Shown: positions 14,141 to 27,063, numbered from the whole stretch's first letter. The stretch is 63,997 nt of DNA, filler included, from Bigelowiella natans CCMP2755 (GCA_000320545.1; 7 parts of 7 records of this genome joined end to end with filler, not necessarily neighbours in it), one strand, 5' to 3'. The notes: a model not told the origin generated them from the sequence alone. Program-made: numbers and translations.

Positions 14141-15990
14141 TTAGATGGGGCGTTCAATCTAGCGGGCTTGTGACTCTGCTTCAACTACGGTATCATCCTT
14201 TGCAATTTCTAATATATGCGAGCAGCAGTCGAGTTGAATGCTAAATCTACCCACTAATTTGTCCTCCGAGAAGACTACAAATTGTCGCGTAAAAGGGAGC
14301 CTTCGTAGACTATGCTGGTAATTATAGCATATTCGTAGTATATTCGTAGTAGTAGTAGGTACTGATGGAAGTAGGCGTGTTTGGTCGCTTTTTTTGGGAT
14401 TTCTGGTTGTTGCTTCGCTTCAAAAACTTCGACTTGATCTCGGCGTCCTTTCCTGCTTTTCACCCTCATTATTATTACACCCGTTTGAGTGATCTCGCCG
14501 TTTATCAACCCCCCCCCCCCCCGTCCCCTCTCGTCTTTTCTGCTCGCTCAACGAGTCTTCATCGAATGCGTAACTCATCGGCAGCAATATCCTCATTATC
14601 CATGTCCATTTCATCACCTTTCGCTGCAAGGTATTCCTCCGGAAGACGTGATCTTGGCGAACATCAGCACGGATATCGACCAGGTATAAACCAATCCATG
14701 CGCAATGAACATTCTCTGCTACTCTATCAGCTTCATTTTTCACTCTCTTTTTCCTGATGGTGCGTGTTGCTTTGGATTCCACCGCTAGGTCGTCTACTAC
14801 GTCTGCTTTGACCGGTAGGAAGAAGATCGCAGCATGTTATGCAATATTGTTTAAAAGAAAAAAAGAAAAACAATAGTAACGATGACATAGAATGCATTGT
14901 ACATACTGTAGTCAGGCACGCGCGCGCGCGTGTGAGTGTGCGTGTGTGCTTATTCGATTGCATGCAATATAGATGATTCTTATTGTCCCCCTCCGCCCCC
15001 CATCCTTCCCCTCTAAACATCCAAGAAAAACCAAAAGCGTAGTCGTCGCTGTAAGAGGCACTCTCTCCGCACAAGGCAATATTGAACACCACGATTCCCG
15101 TCCCCCCCCTTTAAGCATTTTATAGCCTGCCTGGGATGTGGCCTTTCCGGTTGATAATTGTACATGTTGATGCATCATACAGATGCGATTACGGACTCAA
15201 GGCAGAAGTATACATCGTTTCCTCTCCCCCCCTCGCTCCAATGTAAGACGATGGGAATAGCGCGCAAACGTCCAACAGAATCTACGTTTTTCGAGCAAGT
15301 GCATAGTGCATATGTTGGTTCTCTCCCTTTCCCCCCCTCCCCCCCCCCCCCCCCCTCTCTATCTCTTTCGTGCTGCATTTGTTGTGATACGATGTTGCAT
15401 GCAGCTGAAGAATGCAAGGAGAGCACCTGTGCAGAGGGCTTCAAGCGGGTTTGTGAACGAATCGTAGGTCAGTTTTTGAAGTCCAAGAATCAGCAAATAG
15501 CTATAGAAAAAGCAGCAGTAGCAGGAGGACGAGGAGGAGGAGGAATAATATTTATGTGTATGTATAAAAGAAGAAGAAGAAGAAGAAGAAGAAGGAAAAG
15601 AGGAGGAGAAACAACACGATGCCGAGATAAGACTCCTTCCATGCGGAAAGTTGTTGGTGATTTTGTTCGCTGAGACTCCTCATCCCTCCTCCTGGAAAGG
15701 AAACCAATCATCAACGATCGCTGCTGCTGTTGCTCTTGCTGTTGTGCGCGAGGCGCGCGCGCGTGAATGTGTTTCTGTGTGTGTGTGTGGTTGGTGTTTT
15801 GTGTATGAATCTGAGGCTATTATTTCCCGTCAAGTTCGGTCAATACACAATATAGCATCATCATCGTTTCTCTCTATCATTACAGCGGATCTCTTAAATT
15901 GCCCGCGTCTCCACCGCATCCTCGACACGGAGAAAGATGCCAGCATCATCGTGACTGGCCACAGTCTAGGTAGAGAAGCAGCAGTAGTTA

Positions 15991-16024
<34 letters not shown>

Positions 16025-17087
16025 CGTGAGTAGTTGTAGTAGCAGCAGCAGCAGCAGTGAGTAGTGCAGGAGTCGGCGAACAAAATGTCCGTGATGTGTG
16101 AAGGGGGGGAGAGAGGAATTACCACCCGCATTTTTCAAGTCCAATGACTTTGTAACAAACCAGCAGCCTACTGCTGCCTGTCACCGCAACTTTCACCTTC
16201 CTCAATTCCTCCCCCCGCCCCCCTCCCTTTTTCCGCCCTCCCCTCCCATCGCCCACCCACTCATTCGTGCTGTAGGAGGTGCGATTTCCAGCTTGCTGCC
16301 GTTTTTCTTGCTGAATAAGCCTCAGTTTCAAAACAGGAAGGTGAGGAGGGGGAGGGGGGAGGGGGGAGGGGGCGGGCAGCTCCCGTTGGGTGGATGGGCT
16401 GCTAAACACGGCATTCTATTTGTAAGGCAGCTGCAGCAGCCTAGAGGAAGGGTTGGGGCGCGAGTGATGACAGCATTAGATCACCGATCGATTGATGAAA
16501 TTTGGCCTGCGACACCGCCCCTTCGTGTTCTTACGCTTGCGTTAATTTGTTTGTGGTTCATGATATCGAGCCACCGAGCAGTAGGGCTCTTCTCTTGCCC
16601 TGATGCTGCTCCATTAAAAATGTGATAGTTCGGGTCATTTTCTTGTCGGCTGCAGATTATATCAGCGATGATTTTTATCATTATATTAGGTACTCGCGTA
16701 TCCGATGGCCCCTCCCCCAACCGTGCCTCGTGCTCTCGCAAACATGCCCCGGTAGATGAGACATTCGAAAACGTTTGTCTGGCACAGTATCTTTGCCGCG
16801 CGTCCTTTCAACGATATATTGCGCCTAGCAGGAATTTACAGTGCCTTCTTCTTGGGGTTTTGACAGCAGCTGCAATAGTTCGCGCACGCGCGCACGCATG
16901 CACATCAATGGTGATCCAGAGGACGGGGTGACTGAAAGCTATTTTGATTTGTATGCCTCAATGGATGTGTGTTGTTGTGTTATGCGATAACAATATTAGC
17001 GTTCGGAAGATGGTGACCTCCGTTGGTTTACCAGACATGTCGTGAGTACAGAGAAACAGATGGGAGGGGGGGAGAGAGAGAGAAAAA
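13190..17087 (+). CDS. Class 3 lipase, sn1-diacylglycerol lipase (DAGL)-like, with N-terminal TM segments; 3' truncated by contig end
   Basis: Spliced HWCIATPDFAVPG (cf. DAGL RRWxIASDD), hydrophobic exons, YYVCFDR-KTKSVVVAVRGTLSAQ-DAITD, and IIVTGHSLG-GAISSLL nucleophile elbow (15950-16295). Start uncertain. Confidence 0.8.
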
Positions 17088-17187
17088 NNNNNNNNNNNNN
17101 NNNNNNNNNNNNNNNNNNNNNNNNNNNNNNNTTAATTAATTAANNNNNNNNNNNNNNNNNNNNNNNNNNNNNNNNNNNNNNNNNNNN
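17088..17187. other. Artificial contig spacer
   Basis: N44-TTAATTAATTAA-N44 (stops in all six frames). Confidence 0.98.
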
Positions 17188-19650
17188 CGCCGCTGCTGCT
17201 GCTGGTGGTGGTGGTGGTGTAGGCCTGTCGCATGCTTTGCTTCCTGTTATTCCTATTTCTCGTGTGTAGCGAGAAGGGCTGCGGGGACGCGGCCAACTGG
17301 TAGACCTTCAAACAAACCGGACAATCATTTTACAAAAAAACAAAACGGGGGAGGAGGGGGGGGGGTCAGGTCGCGACTGTGCGGCGGATTATCACGAAAT
17401 CGCCTCTTGACGCGACTTCTCAACGCCACGTATATCTCCCCCCTCCCGCTCCTACTTCCTTTTGATCATCACCTTGAGCAGCGTGTTCAGGGCCGATGTC
17501 TTGGGAGGGATGCCTATTTGCAGCATCTCCAGAAGAAGTTGCTGTCCTTTCTTCCATTCCCTCCTTTCTTTACACGCTTCTATTGCCGATATCCAGGTAT
17601 CCGGAGCTACGGATGACGCCAGAGACAGAGAGCGTAAGGCCTGCAAAAACGTGAAAAACGTCATCGGAATGAGAGGGTGAAGGGGGGGGGGGGGGGGGGT
17701 GGACGGAGAAATGGAATTTTCACTGAATCGGCAACCAAAGTTATCATGCCCACCATATTCGTTCTATTTTATTCCGACATCTCTTCATCTTTCACTAGCT
17801 GTTATATAGGAACCAACGGGCAGGCGCAACAATGGCGACAAAACTACATTGCCCCCCCCCTCCCCGCACCCATTTGATTGAAGGAAGGGCCACAAACCTG
17901 AAGTACATCCAAGGCGTCCTCCAAGGACACCCTGGTAGCGGCGGCGAGAAGTAGCTTATCTGCACACTCTGAGAAAGGAGGGAGGGAGGGAGGGAAGGAA
18001 GGGGGGGGGTATATAAATACGTATCAGACACATGCTATAAGCTTGGAATCAGTGTGTGACTAACCCGAATTCATAACCCATATCCCCCCCCCCCCTTCTT
18101 GCTTTCTCCCACCTGATTGCCTCGGCCCGGGTACTTGCCTGATGAGCTCCTTCACAGCGTCTGCGAAAAGACGGTACTCTTGCTGGGAGGGTGGAGGGGG
18201 AGGGCGTGTGCGGATCTTCACGATCGTCTCCGCAGCAAGTATCTTATCGAAGTTGTCCCTGGTGAGAGCTGCAGCAAGCTCCCCCCATCGCCCATCGCGC
18301 ACCAACTGACCTATGGACGATGCCCCCCCCCCCCTTGGCGTGCGCCGCACTGACTCCCCCGACCTTGCGACCGGCGGGGAGGAATGAAATGCCTCTGCTC
18401 TACCATTGCTACGATGCGTTCGACCTCCTCTACTATAATTGTTACTACTACTACTACCACTACTACTACTACTACTTCTACTACTACTGCTATTGCCAGT
18501 GGTGGTCTTTTTACCACTAGCACCCCGCGGGGTACCCGTAACAAACCCTCTCCTCATTCGTATCTCTCCACCGCTGCTACTAGGCTTGGAGGAGGCAGCT
18601 GTGGGAGAAGAAGGCTTCATTTTAGGCCGGTCCTTCGATGGTGATTGTGTTGTTAGCTGCTGATCGTTATCATCGCTGCGGCCAAACCCAGGGTGGGCAG
18701 CCCCCCCCCCACCCCCATCTGGCCCATCATCTTCTCTTATGATGGACGAGGGTTTGCGCTGCCAATTTTTACTGATGTGCTTATTGGTATCCCGCCCCTT
18801 AGGAGCTTCGGAAGGCGTCATGTGAAGAGGGGTGGCGACGTTCGGGCTATTCTTGTACTGTGTCGCTGTAGTTGTTGCTGCCGCTTGGGGCATGCTGTTT
18901 GATATGCTAGGCAGGTTGGGTAAGATCTGACCGGGAAAGTGACCGGTGAAATCCGACTCGCTGGCCATAAACGATCGAGCATCTTGCGGTGTTTGTTTGC
19001 TGCGTCGCCGTTCATGAGATTGGTGATGAGCGTGCTGTTGTTCCTGTTTCTGCCCATGGATCCGCGGAACCTCAGAGTGAACATGCGAGATGAATGAGAG
19101 GTGTTTGCCACCTCCACTCGGCCATATTCTTTGGCCAGCACGGAAAGAGAATCTTGGAAATAGTCTCAAGCAGCTACTTCCGATGCTGACGTAACACAGA
19201 GGAAATATATCAGACATTGTTATCTGATATGGAGGAGCCGGTTTTAGGCCTGGTAAAATGCACACACACACACACGCACACGCACACACACACATACACA
19301 CACACACACACACATACACACACCTAGCTTGTTCAAGTTTCCTATCAGGTTTGAGGCCGAACCGAAATCGTGGGGATATCTGAAACTAAAAGGTTACAGT
19401 AAAAACAATGCGGTGAGATCGATCTTCCGAGGATGCGAATCTAGCCAGTTTTGTGTGAAAGGGATGATACCCACTCCGTTACTGATCGATTCACTCAACG
19501 CCAGAAAATTTCGATATGAAAGAGTGTCAAAATATCCCCCCCAATTTTAGTTGTTCTTCCCTCCCTCGTTATTACCGCCGTGCCGATGACGAGGAGGAAA
19601 AGACACACGCCCCGAATGGCCGATCGCCGACAGTTGATTGAGGCGTTCAT
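17188..19650 (-). CDS. Pentatricopeptide-repeat (PPR)-like protein with putative signal/transit leader; 3' truncated
   Basis: Leader MNASINCRRSAIRGVCLFLLVIGTAVI, a long low-complexity exon (within ORF 18060-19319), and PPR-like helices PDTWISAIEACKERREWKKGQQLLLEMLQIGIPPKTSALNTLLKVM (17460-17615). Confidence 0.65.
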
Positions 19651-20069
19651 TCCTCCTAGGCAGGCGCGATCAAGTCCGTAACATGATGATCCGGGTAGAT
19701 TTTTATAGAGATAAGACGAGGTCTTTCTTGCCAGCGCACCTGTATTGGGGAGGGACAGTGAAGCGGGAAGAAAATCCACGTCGCCACAAAACTCAGCAAA
19801 TTCTGAAGGACTATTTTGGAGATCTCCCCTATCTAAAATGGTGGAATGGTCGGATTATATTCAAAAATGCCGCTCTATTTTAACGTTTTGCTCTCTTCCA
19901 TACATTCTTCTCCGCTGAGACTCGTTAGGGACAGGGGGGTGGCGAGTGGCCAGTGGCACCCATTTCGGCTTTTAGTCTATAGTTTCTGAACTAAAGGGAA
20001 TAAAAAAATTCGTCAAAACAGGAGAAAATTATGTTGTTTTTAGTATGAGTCATCATACTTTTGAAGTCG

Positions 20070-20713
20070 TACTTACCAAATGGAAGGCAACTCCAAGTTC
20101 TTAACCGGAAATTTTCCTCTGGAACTTGCATCCTACATTTTCAAAATCGCCCTTAAACGAATCCCTACGGCAATGTCTTTTTTCAGTCGTTTGCATGGAA
20201 CAAACGGGGTTTACTCTTAAATCCGACCAGGTGAGAAGCTCAGCCGCAAATTCCGGGTTTCAAAATAATTCCGATATTTCCAGGGGCTTGTCCGTAGTTA
20301 GGAAGTCTCGCCACAAACACACCAGGCTTTTTTACTAACAGAGAATGGACCGTATCAACTTCTGACACCGGAAACAACGAAACATGTCGTTTATCAACTG
20401 CGACAGATATGCAGCCGGACTTCTCACCCTCAAATGCAGAAAACAGGACTTCGCTTTTGGCAATGCCTTACTCCAAACCTCAATAATCGGCTGCTCTTTT
20501 GCACCCATGTACGACGAGAAGTCGTTTTCGAAGCGAAAGATGGTTTCTGAAATATCTCTTGAGCCCAAAAACTCGATGAGATATTCCTTCGAAATTGCCT
20601 CGATGGAACCCTTCCTAGATCCAATCCACCGCATACCCTTCTCGGTCGGATACGGTTGTTAAGGCGACATCGGTTTTTGCAGCGAAACATCGATCATTAT
20701 TTCTCGACGACAT
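20070..20713 (-). CDS. Hypothetical protein (weak resemblance to the region preceding R3H domains)
   Basis: ORF 20335-20634 (EYLIEFLGSRDISETIFRFENDFSSYM) plus short flanking exons. Family assignment is weak. Confidence 0.35.
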
Positions 20714-21345
20714 CTCTGATTCCTTGACGTAAGCTTCACACTTCTCTCCGTCCCGCTAGCTAAGCGCCGCCGAGTACTCTCTTGTACATAGTTAGTTTTA
20801 TCGTGCGTAAACGACCAGCGACATACTTAGACAACAATTTAGGCGCAGAATTCCACGGCATTACAACATAAAACAAAGTGCATCAGGAGAAGTGTTTTCA
20901 GATCAGCTGATCGTGTACAAGTACGCAATATGAACATAATATTAATGGTTTTATATCGTGCGACATGGATAAGATTAAATCATAAAAACATTATCGGAGC
21001 CTTTCGAATGGAAACCAGAAATATTGCGACTGATTATCTCGTGCGATTCGAACCGGACCATACATTCCAAGAAGGTGGTCACCCCCCTACCCTCCTCTCT
21101 GCTCTGAAACACGTTTTATCCTCGACCAAAAATTCATAGAAAGTGTTGGGATCGAATAGATCTATCGAAACGATAGCGATGATGTGTACTATCTTAAAAA
21201 CGAGAGGGCCACACCGCCCAAGAGTAAGCTGTGCATGAACATGGGGTATACAGATTGAACGTATCGGGAGTTTGAATCCGGGTTTGCATGAGATACGCAT
21301 TATGATTAAAATAATAATCTACTATCCTCCCTTCCTAATTTAGCT

Positions 21346-22534
21346 ATGCTACCTCGAGTGCGGAGTTATCGTACGTCACCCCGCGGGGCTTTCCGCGTGG
21401 CAATCGCGGTGCTAGCAGCGAGTCTGGTGGCAGTCGGTCTGTTCCAACTACAGCAACAGGGAAGCTATGGTTGTAAACAAACATAGCTATCCATCACTAC
21501 TACCAAATATCACCTACTATTCCATGAGAAATCCTCCGCGGATGGCCGTGTGGTCACGAATAGAACTCGGAACAAATCAACAACTAAACCTGCTCGAATA
21601 ATTGTGCTTATTTTCCACCAGACTCCTCCTTCCCCGTGCTGTCAGCCTCTTCACCAGTAACAGCTTCGCTACGTTCGGGGTATATTTCATCGAGGGAACA
21701 GAAGGAGGGGGGATGGAGTGGAGTTGCAAAATAGTGCACAAGACCTTACTGTCTTGTGTCTATGTGTGGGCGTGTACGTGTGTGTGTGTGTGAACAGTAT
21801 TTTTGTAGAGGATTTTACTGTTACAGGGACGAATATACGTAACTTATTTAGATTTCCAACTCGAATAATCCCCCCTTTCTCAGCCCGCTACTATCCCCGT
21901 CGGCGCTCTCCTCGCGCATGTCTCTCGGGCCGAAGTTGAACCGATTCGCCTCGCGTGTGAATTCCGAAGCGGAGGCAAGCGAGGGTGCTCAATTAGCCGA
22001 CCCTGGAGAAAAGGACAGCAAACCAATCCCAGAGGCGTTTAACCACCAGCCAGGTATTTGGTGCAGATCGGTCTTTTGTAACGATACCATCCTACGCCAT
22101 TCAACCTACACCCCCCCTCTCCCCCTCTCCCATTCTCTGCTGAGCCATCGAAACCTCACTCTTCTTTGTATAGGTACTCCTCCTGCTGTTGGACGTCCTC
22201 CTACCCCCCTCCTTGACATGGTGCAGAACCCAAAGAACTTGAAGAATCTCAACATGCAACAACTGAAGCAGGTTGCTAAATGATAATTTATCCAAGGAGG
22301 GAGGGGGGATGGGGGATGGGGGGAGGGGGAGGGGAGGGGAGGGGAGGGGAGGGGATGTGAGGACGATACATTAGAGAAGTCCTGTCCACGCGAACTGATA
22401 GATGGTGCATGATCGCCCGTGTCGTGATTTTCTATTTGCTGCTGCTGCTGCTATCTCAGTTATCGAAGGAGCTCCGTTCGGATGTAATCCACACGGTCTC
22501 CAAGACCGGTGGACACCTCGGCGCATCCCTCGGG
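21346..22534 (+). CDS. DXS: 1-deoxy-D-xylulose-5-phosphate synthase, 5' part with bipartite plastid leader; truncated by contig end
   Basis: Exons 21346-21469, 21622-21679, 21884-22053, 22174-22271 and 22460-22534 splice in frame with GT-AG to give ...[51 protein letters not shown], the conserved DXS N-terminus. Confidence 0.93.
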
Positions 22535-22611
22535 GTAAGGAACACACACCACAGAGAGGATCGTTAGCCTCACGCGCATAACCGAGAGGAGCCAGAAATA
22601 CACAATCCCCC

Positions 22612-22711
22612 NNNNNNNNNNNNNNNNNNNNNNNNNNNNNNNNNNNNNNNNNNNNTTAATTAATTAANNNNNNNNNNNNNNNNNNNNNNNNNNNNNNNNN
22701 NNNNNNNNNNN
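22612..22711. other. Artificial contig spacer
   Basis: N44-TTAATTAATTAA-N44. Confidence 0.98.
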
Positions 22712-22996
22712 CTCCTCATCAATTCCCCAGATATTGCAAGAAGTCCCTTGATGCTGCGACGGCTCTACTCACCGAGCCACTGCCCCGCCCCCCCATAATT
22801 ACAACAGAGAAAAAAAAGGTTGCAAACAAGGAGGAGGCAGAGAGAAGAATGGGGGGGATGGTAGCGGAAGATTCTTCAATTTCTTCAATTTCTTCAGTGG
22901 AGAAGAAAGCGATAGTGACACTGCAGCTTGCATTCTCTAAAGATATAGAAGAGCAAATCAACGTGCTTTGTCCACGGAAGGTAGCATGTAGTAGCT

Positions 22997-23043
<47 letters not shown>

Positions 23044-23629
23044 TAAAGAAAGGAAAGAAGAAACATAATTTGCTTGATTCTGCAATTGGCCAAGAATGAT
23101 TCATATGTTTATTTGTTTTCGAAAAAATGACAGCCTCCCAAGGGGATTGGCACCAACAGCAGTAGTAAGGAAGAAGAAGGAAAAGAAGCATCCAGATTAG
23201 GGGAAGAAGCAGCTGCAATCCAAAGTCGTCATTTCACGAGGAAAAACATGGAGATAAAAAATCCTATACATTCTCACATATCTCTGATTGAGCTAGATTC
23301 GCGTTTCATTCCCTATCAAGTCCGATCATTTTGCGCCTCCCCTTTTCCTTACTTGCTGTGGTGTTGTTTGTTTGTTCTCTCTGCCTCTGCAGCTGCGCCG
23401 CTGCCTCGTTGTATACATAGCTTAGCAGTCATCAAGGACAGTCTTATGGAAATGACAGCTAGAATCTTTCCGTCGTGGAATAAAGGAAGAAGAAAGGGAG
23501 GAGACGTTCGTGCCGCTCCTCCTCCACCCCCCCCTCTATCTCTTCCTTCTGAATACAATCGTGATGAAGTCGAAGAAGGGAAGGAAGGCGGTAGCGGTAG
23601 GGACGAGGCTGGTAATTTAGTCGTACTAT

Positions 23630-23669
<40 letters not shown>

Positions 23670-24262
23670 TATGCTTGAAATGGGGATGGATTGATGCTGT
23701 TGTTACTTCGATCATACTCGGCACTAGCAACTGCAGCAGCAGCAGCGTATGTGTGTATGCGATTATCGATGAGAACTTAATCGTTAGTGCAAGAAACAGT
23801 GTCCAAAGCACTTGTTATAACACCTAGAGATTGATCCTGCTCAATGATGCATGTGTTATTCTGTACGCTAGGGGCGACAGCCAAGGTGGCTGACATCCTG
23901 GAAAGAATCGGTCGTTGTGCGAATGAGAGATATTTGTAAAATACAAGTAGCGGGAAGGGGGGCGGGGGAGAAAGGAAGGGGAGAGCATTTGCCACTCTGA
24001 TGTGTGTTAAACTATATCCACTACCATCTAGGTTGTCCTCTGCCAGCAGAATCAGTGCTCTTCCTAGCGCAGTCAGGGAGTTACATGTACACGCATAACG
24101 TAGCAATATTATTATTATTATTATTAGTAGTAGTAGTAGTAGCATTAGAAGTTTGGAAGAGGTACTACCAAATAGGGGTCTATAACGGTAGTAATGAGTA
24201 TACGTGATATATTCCTCTATTTCTTCAATAGCATTTGTATCTAATGAATAGTTTATGCATGT

Positions 24263-24327
<65 letters not shown>

Positions 24328-25151
24328 CGAGCATACAAATACACTTCCATAAGCATCTTTATTAAATGTTATTATTACATTTGAATGGTTGGCAGGTTCA
24401 ATCTTCACACGACAACAAGCGACGAAGACTACACCATCGTCTTTGCTTTCCAGGAAAGTCAAAGAGTGTACAATGGCTCTGCTTCGCAATCCCAATACAG
24501 GTTGTGGGTGAATCGATTATCCTCCCCTCCCCGGGGCCCCCCCTTCTTCTTCGGGTTCCAAGTTGATGTAGCCTTGTTAGTTCTCTTCTTCTGCTTCTTC
24601 TTCGCCTCCCACCGTCATCAACCCCCTGTCGGTCATACTTTTTGATGGTAGGAATCACACTACTCGAAGGCACACCAATGACAAAAGCGATGTCACAGAG
24701 TAGGTGTTTGTACTGATGCATAGAATGAGCCTGTTAAATTATCTCCCTTAAAACTGGAGATATGATTAATCATGAACTGCCTCCTCTATTCTCGGTCACC
24801 ATCCTCGCACCGTGCGTATGCATTCGATAGATACACCGCTACTGAGGCTGGCGAATTTCTCGAGTTTGCAATTAAGGTAGCGGCTAATGCCGAGCCTAAT
24901 ATTTCTGGATATATTATCCAAATCTCGCGAAGATTAACTTCGTGAGGAGGCATCTTTCATGTATTTCTGGGTGATAAGTGGCGCAATTGTTTTGAAGGGC
25001 AATCCGAAGAACATCGAGCTATTTTTTGCGGAGCGCGTGATCTATGAAAGCCCGGAATGGCTGCGTCTTAAAAAGTATATTCTTTGCATATTTCTAGATA
25101 ACATATATCCAAGAAAATTATACCCATCTTTAGTTTTCTCCCTATCCCTCC

Positions 25152-25199
<48 letters not shown>

Positions 25200-25406
25200 T
25201 CATCGCATCATCATTGTCATCGTCGTCGCTGTCATCACCATCATCAACTATAGCTTCATGATTTTCCAACTTACACAAGGTATCGAAAAGGGCTACTAAC
25301 ACTGCGATGTGTGAATCAATATAGAGGGTAAATTCTGCACAAGATATAATAGAGCAGCGGAGAACCCAACATCCTAAAACATCCAGCCACAAATTCAGAA
25401 AAGCAT

Positions 25407-25444
<38 letters not shown>

Positions 25445-25810
25445 ACACTATTATTGAATGGTGGTACAAAAATGGGTGCTAGGTTCATTTACGACAGATT
25501 GCGAGTAGTAAACGATGAAAAGTCGAAGGCTTATGTCCTTCCCAGGCGTCTTCAGAAGGTGCCATCCACTTATCGTCTTATACTCGCGCACACAATCACA
25601 ACCGACAACCGACGTGCTACGATATATCTCATCGAAGCGACTTGATCGCAGCTGTTCCTGAGATCTCGAGGGAGATAGAAATTAGGAGGGGGAGGCGAAA
25701 AAATGAGTTGTTGCATTGTAAGTCAGATTTAATCACATGTGCTTGTTTTCCAGCGGATTTTAGTGAAGATGATGTTTCTGACAATCAGTGACGATGTGAC
25801 GTGTATGTGT

Positions 25811-25848
<38 letters not shown>

Positions 25849-26031
25849 CACCAGGAGTTTTACTATGCGCTTCACAAACACTATGACCTACAGCGCATCA
25901 GTAAAGGCCGCTACCCGTCGGTGGAGCCATCGAATTCCGAAAGAGACTTCATTATGAGAGTGCGACACGCAGACACATTGAAAGGTGGCCATTTACATTA
26001 AACCCAGTCACTTCGTGCTCACGCGCACACG

Positions 26032-26070
<39 letters not shown>

Positions 26071-26383
26071 TATCGTGCAAATTGATTATCATATCTACTT
26101 GAAACCGTACTCGAAACGTCTTAAGAGTGCATTTTGTGGCTTGATAGAAATCAGCGTAAATCGCTAGATCGCAAACCCATGCACACATAATACAAGGCTC
26201 GATTTGTCACACCCAAAACGTACAACAGGCGAATTAGAGCCGGAAAAGTTAAAGAGAATGATACAGCGTGGACTAGACGATGCAAGAGAGAACGTAAAAC
26301 GCTTGAGACCAAATCTACCTGAAGAGGTCGATGTGAATCCGCTATGTGCCTGGCTTGTGGATCTTAGGAGATCACGTTGGTAA
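22712..26383 (+). CDS. Pol-beta superfamily nucleotidyltransferase, RlaP/YcgL (Nuc-transf)-like; 5' truncated
   Basis: Exons 24032-24086 and 24396- splice to LFLAQSGSYMFNLHTTTSDEDYTIVF (GS...SDxD). Later exons give EAGEFLEFAIK-GNPKNIELFF, FYYALHK and C-terminal LCAWLVDLRRSRW*. Confidence 0.75.
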
Positions 26384-27063
26384 TCAACTAAGCTCTAGAG
26401 CAAGAGATCGATGCCATGCTACACATTGCTTGTGCGCAAAATGTCATGATAATCGACACCATTTAGATGCCGTACATGCTAGCATGTCACCACGAGCGTG
26501 CGCATGCCACAGATCCTGCACGCATAGCAGCCTCCGCACTTGCCTCGTACGTCTACACGTAGCTATCACATGAAGATCCACGCATGTTCAAGTGAAATCA
26601 TGATGCATAGCTGGATGATCATGCTAGCATAGCTAAATTTTCTGAAAGGTTAGCATAATTCACAACGCTCTACGTTTAGTTCTGCTACAACAAGTCAACA
26701 TCTTAAGAATGTCATCAGGCGTCATTTGTGAAACATGGTGCATTGATCATGTCTAGGTGTACATGTATGATCATGATAACTTTGTAAAGACTAAATCGAG
26801 TTCATGATGTGTTGTGCGGTAGCTGTCATGCAACAAAGCACGAAGCAGAAATAGGTGCTCAGAAGGTTTTAACAAAGGCCAAATTTGCCATCCGTTTTCA
26901 CGTAGTATTTTTAAGCAAATAGTTGTTCCTATTTGTGAAAGACGCGTGCTAGCGTTGATTAAAAAAGAGCGTATGCCAGGTCCCTTCTATGGGGTGTTAT
27001 CATTGTGCATCCTGACGTGAGCCTCATTCCATCAAATTCGACACACTACATTCTCGGCCTCAC

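Noticed and set aside
17088-17187. TTAATTAATTAA palindrome recurring six times
   Set aside because: Always embedded in N44...N44; an artificial six-frame-stop contig linker.
20615-20636. Possible 22-nt GT-AG mini-intron (nucleomorph-like size) on the minus strand
   Set aside because: It restores frame with an upstream ATG, but an ATG inside it opens the same ORF without splicing. Undecidable without transcripts, and the region is clearly not nucleomorph DNA.
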